Shown here in pieces: positions 27,320 through 40,700 of a stretch of DNA of 64,000 nt. Positions within the stretch are counted from its first letter, which is position 1. Each line of letters opens with the position of its first letter. A model generated the notes under the pieces. It searched no databases, was not told the DNA's origin, and worked only from the letters and a program-made list of their open reading frames with translations. Made by a program: the position numbers and the translations under genes. The stretch is from NCBI RefSeq assembly GCF_000150275.1, contig NW_002060945.1:9068011-9132010 (forward strand). Reading direction: 5' to 3'. Source of the DNA: Trichoplax adhaerens. Taxonomy: Eukaryota; Animalia; Placozoa.

Positions 27320-28750
27320 TAACTTAATTCAACAGCCTATGAAAAATTAATCCACCGCTAGAGTGGACTACTTTTACCAAGTGACAAATGGATTAGTTCT
27401 TGAAAGGCACTTCATTTCGGCCCTGTAACTTTAAATCAACTAAGCTTAATTCAACAGCCAATGATAAATTAGTCCATAGCTAGGGTTAATTTTTTTTACT
27501 AAACGTCAGGTGTATTATTGAAGGACTAACAAAACCCGCACACCATGCTGTACAAATGAGAGTTCTGATAATCCTAATTGACATTCTACTCAGGACAGTC
27601 ATATCTTAATGACTTAATTCCACAGCGATAGATAAATACTGTAAATACATAGTGAAAGTTAACTTCTTTAATTCGCTAAGCGACAAATGTATTATTGAAA
27701 GATAGATCATTTCGATCTTGTAACTTGAAATTAACTTAACTCAACAACAAATGATAAATTAATATATTGCTAAAATTAACTTCTTTCACTAAGCTAAAAA
27801 TATATTACTGAAAGATAGATCATTTCGACCTCGTAACTTAAAATTAGCTAGATTTAATTCAACATCAAATGATAAGTGAATACTTAGCTAAAGTTAACTT
27901 TCTTTTAATAAGCGACAAATAGATTATTGAAATTGAAAGATAGATGATTTCGGTCTTGTAACTTAAAAATTAGCTTAACTTACTTCAACAGCGAATGATA
28001 AATTAATGCATAGCCAAAGTTGAATTCTTTTACTGAGCGACAAATGTGTTATTGAACCGAAAGACAGATCGTTTCGGTCTTGTAACTTAAAATTGACTAC
28101 AGTTAACTTGATTCAACGGCAAATGATAAATTAATAGATAGCCAAAGTTTAATTCTTTCACTAGGCGACAAATGGGTTATGAACTGGAAGACAAATGATT
28201 TCGTCCTTGTAATTTAAAATGAACTCTACTTAACTTAATTCTATAGCACATAATATTTAGTCCGTAGCCGAAGTTAACTTCTTTTGCTAAGCGATAAATG
28301 CAAGATTAAGAGATAAATCATTTCATGTAACATAAAATTAACTTCAATTAATTCTACAGCGAATGATAAATTAGTCCATAGCCATAATTGACTTATACTA
28401 AGTAACAAGTTTATTATTGAAAGATCTATCGCTGCGATCTTTTAACTAAATTCAGCAGTGAATGATAAATTAATATATAGCCAAAGTTAACTTCTTCCAC
28501 TGGGTGACAGGTGTATTATTGAAAAACAGATCATTGCGAACTTATGAATTAATTCAACAGCGAATGATAAATTAGGCCATAGCCAAAACTAACTCCTTCT
28601 ACTAAGCGACAACTGTATTATTGAAAGACAGATCATTGCGAGCTTCTAACTAAATTCAACAGCGAATAATAAATTAAGCCATAGCCAAAGTCAACTTCTT
28701 CCACTAAACGACCAGTAAATTATTGAAAGATAGATCAGTTTAACTATTTC
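27320..28750. repeat. Degenerate tandem array, about 105-125-bp unit, about 12 copies
   Basis: Recurring AATTCAACAGCGAATGATAAATTA..CATAGCCAAAGTTAACTTCTT..ACTAAGCGACAAATGTATTATTGAAAGATAGATCATTTCG.TCTTGTAACTT. Confidence 0.92.
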
Positions 28751-29416
28751 AACCATAAAAAAATTGTAAAATATGATTTCGGATATCTCTTAGATTAATC
28801 GATTGGTAGTGGCTGCGTAACTCTAAGTTTAACCATCGTTTAAACCTATTTCACTGATCACTGATCAAGAGTTGATATTCAAATTAAACAAACTTCTTTA
28901 TTTTATTACCGTATCCTTAACGATATCATCCTGTGGAGAAACATGAAACAAAAAATCATCCATACGATCTTGCGCTTATATTTAATGGTAGCAGTTAAGA
29001 ACGCTGACCAAGTAAAGTTATTTAAATAAATAAATGACAGATATAGAAGCATTCAAAAGATTGTAACCAAGTATCCTAACTAGAATTACAGATCGAACTG
29101 ATACTTTTCATGCACACTAACAACGTAGGAAACAAGACGTGTACAAGTAAAAATAAATCAAAATCATACTTATTATGACATCTTTATTAACAAGTTTTAA
29201 GTCCTGTTCAAGTGAGAAGTAATATCCGATTCCCTGATGGGTTTATCTCCCGTGATTAAGATGTAAATATGACCGATAATGCTCTCATCATAAAATCTCA
29301 TCTTTAAAACTAATATCATAAAACGACATTGAATTATCTATCAGTAACAGAGTTCTGGTAGCTTTTAAAACTATAAGCATAATGATTGCAGTCATGTTGC
29401 AACCTACATTGGTTGT

Positions 29417-32144
29417 CTAATCATTTTCCGTTTCAGATATGGCTTTAAACTCATCGTCACTTGGTGGTCGTTCAAATTCGGTATGAGTTATAATATAGGC
29501 TACAATAATGCCGAAAATAATGAGTACCAAGCCAAGAACATTGCCAAGACTAGCCACAGGTGGTAATTGACCATATTTCCCTCTGTTAATTTCATCATAT
29601 GTAATAAGTAAATTTATATTCAGAAACAGATAATTGAATTTACTATTATCCCTATTTTTCTACAAGTTAAAATAAGCAACTCGAACTATCTATATCATTA
29701 AGGATTTGCTAATGTATTTGTTTTCAACTTTTACTACATACCTATTAAAAATGATCAATATGATAACTTAGAGCTGATAAATTACGTAGCTTTACTTTTA
29801 AGATCTTACAACTGTAATTACTGCAGACTTACGCAAATGTTAATTCTTCATCAATTCCGATAAGTGAGGTTGCAATCGCCATTGCAAATATTATTTTACC
29901 AAAAAACTGGTGCAACTTGAGGTAATCTTGTCTAAGGTTCTCATGAAAGAAACGCAAGACAAAAAATACTAGTCCAAAAACGTACTATAAAATGAGAGGA
30001 CGCAAGAAAGAAGGTAATAATGATATTAGATTGATCCTTGTTAAACTATCCACTTGTTAGTCAATGCGAAAGATCTTTATATGAGGTCAATATCGCCTTC
30101 CAGTAGCAGTAAAAAACAATCATTTGACATACCTGAAGACCAAACAAGGACACTGTTAATAAACCGCACCAACTATGCATACTGTAAGCGTTAGGGTAGC
30201 CCTTATTGTCGTGAAATTGAAAAACAGCAGATAATCCAACAGTGGCAAGCGTGAAAGCGACAAGTTGAATTGATGCATGGGCTAATTTTACTGTATTTTT
30301 GGAGCTGTGGCGGAAAATTCGGAAAAAGCTTATGGCTGCATACAACAATGATATTAAGGTTAGCCTTACCGACGCAAGTATAGTATTTGATATTTTGGCT
30401 GAGTTTAATTAGTTAAACTGGTTAATGGCTATTTTATTATTTCCTAATGTTCCTGTTTATCAAGGTTAGCAACGAGTATATGCTAAGAGTACTACTGCAG
30501 AACTTCATTTCAGATGGCCAATTGCTCACAATCGATAGACTATTTAGACACGAAACTGATAAATTAAGAGTACCACTGACTTTCCTTAACCCAAAATCTT
30601 TTTACATACATATACGAATATACAGTATTTTAGATAAAAAAGCACATTAGTTAGAGATAAAGTACTACGGAAATGTAACTCAATTAAGTTTCCTTAATAC
30701 AAGAGACTTTTAGATAACCTAAATAAAATGACACGAGTCTAAAGGTAAGATTCTACAAGAATGCTATTTAATTAACACTCCTTGAAATAAGATACTTTTA
30801 GATGTAAGCAATAGTGCATTTACTAAAGATAAAATTCTATCCTAATGGAATTCAACTAGCCTTCTTTAATGGCAAATTTTAATGAATAAATGATTTCAAT
30901 AAACATTACTGCTTAGTATGTATTGAGAGCAATCTCGTGTAAGCCGCGTTATTGTTAATTACGTTTAATTACGTCTAACGGGGACATATGCCTCCGATTT
31001 TTGGAATTATTTGACATTTAAAGTGGGGTTGCACTGTCATGACAAATTCTGTCTCAGAAACTATTTAGAATATAGATTACAGCCACCAGGTTACTATGAA
31101 CAAGTCTTTCTTCTATAACCTTTAGATTATACAGTAATCCAACAGCTTGCTATTATAATTTCGTGACATTATAGAAATATTATTCAATATGCATAGTGAA
31201 TCCTCGTCTTATTTAATTTGATGTGAATCAAGACACTATGTGACACCTTGTCCACACTACAGAATAATAGATGACTAATGTGCTGTAAATTTATAAATTA
31301 GCATCATATATAGTCTTCTACTTTCTATCACCTTAAACGAACTGATTACAATTTTAAGCTACACATATAACTTAAACTCTACAATATTGGTCATTTTCTA
31401 TGGTATCAAATCTTTATACTGTAAGGAAATGCAGTAATATTAATAGTAGCTGATTTTTAGATGAGACTTTATTAGAAAATTCGATTATTATATCGGCTCA
31501 CTATAATCTATCTAGAATAGTAAAGTTATTTTAGTCGAAAAAAAAAAAACATTTGATATCGTTATTAAAGAGATCAAAACATATAAGGATGTACTGTAAT
31601 TTGAAATAAGAAAAATCTACAAGTATGACTAGTACAAATTGTTGTCAATTTAAGATTATTTTTTATAACGTTATCTAACTAAAAATTTAATATTCCTGTT
31701 ATTAAATATACAACAAAAGTTCCATGCATCTAATAACTTCTATAGCTTGTTATTGTTGTAGTACAAGCTTAAGTTATTACGATATTAATTACAAAAGTGC
31801 AGCTACTATACGACGATGATACTAATATAAATTTTATTAAGGTTGAAAAAGCGATGTGAGTACAAAAACTGGTTATAAAGTTACTTAATATTGCGATGTG
31901 TGTTTCCTAACTTACCTTCGCCGTTCAAGAGAATCATACTAATAACCATACAATATGGATGAACGTTAAATTCTTTTGCACCTCCATCCCATAACATCCC
32001 ACCAAGGAATTTGGTTACCCATATCGTTAATAGAATAAACGCTAGTAGCCCGAATGTTTGAGATGCAACTACCAGGAAAGGCCATAACCGCTCTGTTAAG
32101 TTGGTTGATGTCCCAGATTGCCTAAGCTGTAACCTTTCCAACAT
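29417..32144 (-). CDS. Cytochrome b561 family protein, paralog B; exons 32144-31916, 30335-30133, 29984-29833, 29582-29417; 249 aa
   Basis: 750-nt spliced open frame; motifs FNVHPYCM, FFRIFR, KLAH, YSMHSWCG, LKLHQFFG; internal exons (203 and 152 nt) and intron phases are identical to paralog A; good Kozak context ACCATG. Confidence 0.93.
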
Positions 32145-34756
32145 GGTTTCAACGATGGCTTGTTAGAGTATTCAACTTTTTATACGTTCCGTGATGTTTT
32201 TGTATCAATAGCTGCCACGAACTGATTAGGCTAGGCGTTATTTGATATTCGATACCTCTAAGAGTACTTTTATATTTTTATGGCGATGTTTATCAGGCTA
32301 TCGATGACAAGATTTATTGTACTCTTTATTTGATAAGCCGATACACCAATAGCTATACTATGCTGCTTAATTAGTGTAAGCTGTGTTTACTACATTCAAA
32401 TCTGACGTAATCGGCTGTTGATAGATTATATTTATTTGGGAATATTTTTAAATTGAATTTACCGACAATACCATTTGAACTCTTCAATTATGAGGGAAAA
32501 AGCAAATATACGGGTCATTATATACGCAAAATCGGTGACATCATGTCTATTTATGTACCAAGGAGGCCATTAGCCAAGTAAAATAGATTGAAATTGTAGA
32601 ACCTGTATTTATTTGAGAGCGTATCTTAGGTGCTACTAGTAGAAAACAAATGTGAGTATACTTCCTAGCTACAGAATTCTAAAGGAAACACTTGTTTATA
32701 TCGCTTTGCATGATGCATAGTACTCGATTATATCTGATGAGGTTAAAATAAATGTAATATAGCCCCATAATATTCTACACAAGGTACACTTTTACAGACT
32801 GTGCCATATGTTGCCCATGCGTTGATTGACTGACTTTATTGCATAGGAGTTAAACAATTTGAGCACAGATTTGCGTTGGTACCATACTCTAGTGAAAGTT
32901 AAATCTGCATATTCATTCCGCAAATAGACATTTTATTATGCAAAAGAGAGTAAGAAAAGCCATTAAATATCTTACATGATCACAGATACGTTATGACATT
33001 TTATGGCAATCTATAAAGCAATTTAGGCCTTTATTAGTAGTCTCGATTATAACTGTATAGCAATAGAAGATATACTATTTGGAAACAATAGAATACTGTA
33101 TATTAGACTGTATTAAAAAATCTAAGCTTTAAATTAATTAAACTCCCAACAACTTCATCATTTAGTATAGATAAGTGGCAGTCTCTTAATATCATTTCTT
33201 TAAAAATTTTATTTACTAAAAGTTGACTGTCGCCGTTTCAAATACTGACACGACGCCTTTTTTAAAAGTGACAAAAAGTGTCTTTCGATCAGTATTTTAA
33301 AAAGGCAATAGGCCACATTTAATACATAGAATTCCTTAAGAATTTTACATCTGGAGACTACCCCAATGTACACTAGACCGCAAAGCTGTTGGGAAATTGC
33401 TAATTTTTAAGATTAAACTAAATTTTTAATACAGTCTACTGTACAGTAATACTGTACAGTAATATATCTATCCTACCTGTATCAGATGACTCTTCTTAAT
33501 TCAAAACTGTGAGATGTTATATATTGTACTGTATTTTTGATATTACTCAATAACAGGCCTTGTATGCTTATACTCGTCTATGTATATAGACTGCATATAT
33601 GTGTATCACGATTTAAAAATTTAGGAGGCAACAATGCACCACACAGTACGAGCGTGATCGTCTTTGGCATCTGTTGCACTAGGAATGCAATTTCGATATT
33701 TTCCATGTAAAATTTTTTACGTGCGAAGATCATCTAATTATTTACTTGCTTTTAGTAAATCGATATAACCACACAGAACATCCGAAAATTAGATCTGATT
33801 CGAAAGGGTACTTTATAAATGCTGCAGGCCAATTCAACATTACAGGAAGCAGCAAAAATGAAACGAGAATCTTGGTACAGTTACAGCGATGTACTACATT
33901 AAGTTATATATTCTTCCGGTTGATATCACGGTTCATTCTGATTGCTGATTACATCTGTACAAAGTAGTTAGTCCTTTAGATCACTAATCTGGTAAATATT
34001 TTTAGTAATACGATAATGCATAGAACTAATTGTAAACAGTGTAGTCTAAATGTTATTTCATATAGCTCCCGATGGAATCATTAGATATCATTCATCAATG
34101 TTTATACATATGTATACAATATCATTACATCTGGCATGTTACACATGTGCCGCATGCATAAGTATAACGTATTTACATCGTCAATACAGTGGATCAAATA
34201 ACGCCATTTTTACAGCTGAAATACATTTGAATGTATGCATGACATGTACTCTGTGACGACCTATGATTAACAAGTATCTACTAGATACACAGGTCAAATC
34301 AATAAATTTGAAAATGAAATAAAATAGGTTATCGAGTTGAAGATAAGACTAAGTACTTATCTTTACCATGATAATTTAGCTAAGTTCAATAGCAAGTGTT
34401 TCTGTAGTAGTTCTAACAGAGTGTCCTTTCCAAATTAACGTTACAGTTTAAGAGCTACGGGAAATTACTAACCAATATACAGGAATATACCAACGTTCTA
34501 TTAATTGCTTGAATTAGGATTAAAACACTTTGTGAAATCAAACATCAAATTTTCAATAATACAATAACATGTTTTATTGCATAACGCTTTTTAACATTTG
34601 AAGCCCAAGGACATCGTGAACCATGAGATATTGAGACATTAGGTATGGTACCTACGACGATCACGTTTACTTATGTTCTTCACACTCCTACTAAGAGAAT
34701 AAACAGTCATACCTCGTTATTCCTGTAAAATCACAAAAATGGTAACACATTTGAAG

Positions 34757-37700
34757 TTATTGACTAAAGCTTACAGGCTTTACATTAGAAGTATGCTCAA
34801 ATTGATGTAGTAGACGATCGTCATGATGATGATGGTGATGATAATGCTGATTTGCGGTGGGATATGTATATGATGGAGAATTATGTAATGAAAATATATT
34901 GGGACTGACACCAAAATTATGGTTAGGATAAAGGATATTTGTAAATGATGGAGCAGCCAACTATATATAAATTTCGTTTAAAGATCGTTAGAGAACTGTA
35001 GTGCATGTACGATGATGACAAAAATCCAGGTGCACAAACGGTAAATAGTACGTATATGCATAAATAGCCTGGCACCGAAAAGTGGACTTTGGTGGTTCTG
35101 CGATTACTGTAGTAACACGCGATAGACTGGACAGTTACAATTGCGATAAGGCTACTAGAGATTTAAATTTTAATACATTCGAAATAGGGTACTTACCGTT
35201 TGGTTGGTTTGTTGAGCAATTTGATGAATTTGCTGCTGATGATTGTTAGAGGAATTGAAATTAGGAAGTAATTGCTGACCATTTTGGTTGTACGTTGGGC
35301 TTCCGTTGAGAATTTGCGAATTATTGTTAGTTAATTTATTAGGAGACTCCGAATTTGCAGCTTGCAGCTGGTGTGTGAATAATTCATGACTATGGCACAC
35401 ATTAGTTCCTAATGTTCCTTGCAAATTTAGGTTTTTTTCAGTCGGGTGATCGTCGGGATTACTACGTTGTATTGATTCAGTCGTATCTTCTGTTGAATTA
35501 ACAGAAGCTTGCTTAGAGCAGCATTCGGAAGAATCTACTAATGCTTCAGCGTTATCTTGCGTATCCACTAATCGTTTAAAAATACAAATATGAGCAATTA
35601 GTATCACCGCCAATTCCATTATACCAGCAGGTTAATTTAAAGTAGTCGATACATCCTTTCGTTAGTGTAAGTTACCGTGTTCCATGTTGATAGGATTATT
35701 AGAAAGCTAAATTATAAATAAAAAGGATTAACAGAAATACTGATGACTTTAATGGTCACGATTTGCATTAATGCTCAAAACTCAGACCTCCATAACATTC
35801 GAATCAACGTCAGGCTTGCTCAAATTGTAATTTATAGATGGATGTTGGTTATTTAATCTGTATATCAAGTTAGACGATCAATTATTTCTAGTGCAAAAGA
35901 AATGCGTTGTCTAAGACGCGCAATTCATCGAAACTGTCTTGCAAATTATTTCTTACTAACCTGAGATCATTATTTGGGTTTATTAAGGAAGGCATACTTG
36001 AAGTATCATTATTATAGAAATCATCACTCGTTTTCGCAATAGTATTGATTGAACTATCATTGTTGCGTAAATCATTACTTATTTCCGGAATAACATTTTC
36101 ATCACCTACGAGTAAGCAACAGACGATTATTTTTATTATATACGGCTACATGTGACAAAGAGCAATATATCATGACTGCTACGTCAGGAATAGAATTCTT
36201 CTTTTTAAGAGACCAAATTGGAGAATTGTTAACAAAAATTGGAAATACCTCTATGAGATGTTTCATCATTATTGGAATTTTGCATATGAACACTTTGCTC
36301 GCAGAGTCTAGACTTTCTGATCTCTTGTAAGGCTGATTCCAGGTCACGATTTTGCAGTAATAATTCAGCCCGACGTAACTCTAATTGATGCTTTTGCTCT
36401 GTTAATTGTCGTGTTTTAACTCTAAGCTTGGCTATATCGCGTATATAACTGGAAACTGAGCGTGTACAAGAAATCAGTGAAATGTTGAGATTCAATTGAA
36501 TGTCATGCTTAGGCGTTCAAGAAGAAATTACATAAATTCATTTGATCTTACTGTCGTGATTTTGTGCTGTTTGGTCAATGAATGCTAAGCTATTTTTCAA
36601 GCTAGCAATTAAAATGTCCTGCAAACTAAGAGCAGCAACAATATTCCGTTAAAATGGAGTATGTTCACTTAATGTATTTATTGGTTCATTCATCTGACAT
36701 GCAAGTTTTAAACACTTTTCAAGTTTGCCTATTTACCTCGATATGTTATTCTGAGTAGGGTAAAAATTGCTACCGCTCGATTGGGATAGATTGCCATCAA
36801 GACTAGTAGCTGACGTAGTTGGCATTACCAGCGCAGCATTAACAAGACTGGAGGCAATTAAATCTAGATCGTTTTGGGCTGTAAGCTGTTGTTGATTTCG
36901 ATGATGTTTCTTGATTCGTGTGTCTGCATTCTCGTTGGTAAAGTTCTTCTGGACAGATTGAGTTTCTTCATTAAGAGAGCCTTTCTTTGATTTATAACTT
37001 TTATTGGATACCTTTTCTTTCTTCTTTTTTGGATCATTTTTATCGTTGTATTTTGCTAACTTTTCTGCAATTTAAAATACTTTATGAGTACAATAAGCAC
37101 TAGTATCACCATATTTGATCTTGTTCACATCGTAATGCGATAGTTTACCGTTCTCATTGCGGTGTTTATTTTTTTTTTTTTTCTTCAATGGTGGACCTAA
37201 ACATTGCAGTGGAATAAACGAATCATTTTAATCATCCTACGACCGATGTATGCGTACACAACCTTCGATGTCTTGAAAAGTGAAATAATCTTGCCTTGTG
37301 TATCTTTGCATTTTGAATTGAGATCCTATAAAATCCAGATGGAAGAGATTTTATGAAACAAGTGTAAAGTCAAGCAATCTATCGCTATTCTACACTCATC
37401 TTGATCTCTTTTGATGGCAACGATGGTTGTTGCGATCGACTAGTTTTGTATTTTAAATCGAGCAAGATATTGCATACACTGTCAATTTCAGTAGTTAGGA
37501 CCTACAGAACTCCACTTTATTCTTTATGGTCAGTTAGCTTACCGTATCTTTAGCAGTAGACGAAGAATTTGTTGCGCTCTTTTTGTCCGCGCTGTCTGCA
37601 TTCCAATGCAAAACTAAGTTTTAGTAGACAGAAATTGAGATTCAATTTTTGATCACACATTTAATGGCTAGTACCGAGATTTTCCGTTTTGGAAGATTGG

Positions 37701-40700
37701 CTAGGTTTCCGTTTTCTTTTCTTGGTGTCTTTTTTCATCTTTAACTACAAGTATTATTGACAGCAGTGTACAAGGATTAATTTCATTGCTCTTAAGCCAC
37801 AACAGAGTCTCACTATTGCTGTACTCTAGTATTTTGCAGAGTTGGAGAGGATAATGTTACCTGGTTCGGATGATGTTTGTGACAAAAACCACAATACTTG
37901 CTAAGGTCTTTGCTGCTTAATTCCCATAATAAATCCTCACTTTGAGCGCTATATTGATGAAAGCGTGCACAGATAGAGACTGATTAGATCTTGTAATTCG
38001 ATTGGATTCATCAATAAGTGTCAATTCGACATTCTAGTCTAGTCTATAGGCATATGCTCATATTAAAAGGTTTAGCAACACGCAAAACTACAAGACAGTG
38101 CACCGCGCATCGTTTGAAGAAATCTGCGCCGAGCCCGCACTTTACTCTAGCAATATACAGTTTAAAGTTGGTGTGGTTGCTTTTCCAGACTAACAGAAAG
38201 GCTCAAGAAGGTGGTAGAAAGATTCAATCATTATTTCTGTAACTATGATATACCGTCTTGCCATGGTTATTTTGTTGACAGTCAATTAATAACTAATCAT
38301 GTTGAGCTACGAGAATATTCGCTTTTCTGGCAGCACTACTGGTACACGTGCTCTACTGACGCATTAACTCACCAAGTTACGTGAAAATAAGATGAACAAG
38401 TTGGTTGGCTGCATTTAATACAGGCGCCCATTAACGCACCACTCAGTTGTCCCTTTAATTGGCAAAGATAGCAAATCTGTAGAAAAGACAAGATAGATTA
38501 GTGTCCAACAAGAGATGTAGTCATGTAAAATTCGATCTTTCAGATCTGGAAATACAAATGCTGGATGGCAAGCAGAAACTAGCTCAACTGATTGGCTGCA
38601 TTGGATCCGCTTTACTACCCAACAAATTGACCACAAACAAAATTAAATGAAAGCAAAGTTGATGGAAAAGAAGCCGATCAAGCACTGCATGATTAGTAAA
38701 CTTTTTGCAGTCTGGATGCTATCCATTGACAGTAAAAAGAAAAATCGACGAGGCGATAAGACGCAGTTATAGCGAGGAAAGGTGAAACAGCGATCAATTT
38801 ACCTTGCGATATCGATCACCCTGAATTGTGGAGATTTCAATTGGTTCCATAGTTTGGTTATTGCCAAATGTTACTTCCGGAATATACAGAGCGCATATTA
38901 CATGCGCCCAAGCTACAGCAATGGAATAAGAATGACGATACTGTAGTCTTGTAGCAGATTGGCCATCAAAATTACCCATGTTAATGCTTTTACATTATTT
39001 GCATGGCTCATGGTGGCTGTACAGTATCAATTTAGTGTATAATTAAAATGTAAAATGATGCACGTATAATTTGCACGTTGTTTGCAAGGATCGATGGAAA
39101 GCATTCGCAATCCCTGCAATGCAGTACACAAATTCCTTTGCTGTTCTAGCACTAGTAAACTTTGAATGTTTGTTCTTTTACTGCTTAATAATCTGGTCAT
39201 GGCTGAGCTCTCTGTGTATACTACATAGTTATCTTTTATTTGCTCTGCTTATTTACAAAATCTCTTCAATTTGGAGGATCCTTAAAGTGCAGTACGTTAA
39301 TGGCCGCTGCTGCTACATGGACAACTCGCGGCTTAACATAGACATGTTGAAATCATCCATTTCTTAGATACTACAAAGAAGTAATTCATGTTCCCAATAG
39401 GCATCATGGCTAGTCCAATAGGTACCTACCTCCATTGCTACAAATTTTAAAGGCGCCATCTTCTGAAGGACACAGTTGACATTTCTGCGAGAAAATGCAA
39501 TGTAAGGGCGTATCTTTAGAACATTGATGCTCATTTTACTACGATAACTGTTGTATTTATGTTCAGTAGAGTGGAAAGAAGAAAACTACAAAAATACTGA
39601 TTTATGTAGATAATAATAGCATAATTGAACTTGAAATAGGTTCCTTATTTACTATTATAGGATTCGTTTCCTTTGCTTTGCATCGATCGCAGTACCAATC
39701 GTTTGTAGGTGCTTGCGCCACTCCGTAGCACCCTGCAGTATATCAAAGATTCATTTAAAAAATTCAATTAGGTTGGTAATTTCTTTAAAATGATTTAGTG
39801 CAGTCAATATGGATAATTAGAATTAGAACGATGTAGAAATTTTATTGCTCTTATTCATTGCATTATTGCTTTCTATGCATCAAGATACTGATCGAGTGCC
39901 TAAGCAGTTTTTCTACTTGTAGCCTATCCATCATAACGCTTGCATGACAGTAAAGCACAGTCGATGAGATCAACACCATTCGTTTATTCACAGTTACAAC
40001 AGCAAATAGATGCAAGTTGTGAGTAAAGATCATAGGCACTCTTTGCGAGAGGTTTGAGAAAATGGATGCCACCTAGACTAGAAAAGGACTCATTCTACTC
40101 CTAGGATAGACTATTTCTACTGGGGATAGAACTAAAGTTACTCATTTCAGCTAAGATGAAAGCATTCTACTAGGATAGGAGAATGGAGGAATTGCTCAAG
40201 ATGGACATGGTACTGTATTTTAGCACATGATTTTCTTAATCCTTGTCTCCGTCGATATAGCAATGACATTCGTAGTTGAAATCTACCTGTACGATAGGCT
40301 TGTGTCTATGCATTTTATACAAATGGAGAGTAGTTCAGGATTGACAGTTCTGTATAGGAAGACTTGAATGGATTCTCTTCTAATTCTTACCAGGTGATTT
40401 TGGTAATCCTCCATGCTGCTGCCATACTTTATTGACTGTACGTACTATCGATTGGGATCTTTACTACTGTTTTCCGGTAACTACCAAGGGATTGGAGTCA
40501 TCTAGGATGATGTTTATATTATCTATTAGGGCTTGAAGGTAAATCTTGCAACAGTAAAGTATAAAAGCACTGTTTGTGGTGTGTATGGATAGGCATCAGC
40601 TCAATCTTGCATCATGTCGTCTCTAGTAGCTCCTTGTTATCATTTTAACGGAATAGAACATGCATCGAGACTGTTTCCATAACGCAGGTAGGTCGATTCT

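Noticed and set aside
9540-28750. Idea that the two arrays downstream of the b561 paralogs are inverted copies of each other
   Set aside because: Reverse-complement comparison by eye shows only short AT-rich word matches in non-collinear order.
18000-29400. PTF1 autoregulatory site (E-box plus TC-box)
   Set aside because: An isolated CAGCTG occurs near 18935, but I found no correctly spaced TTCCC box.
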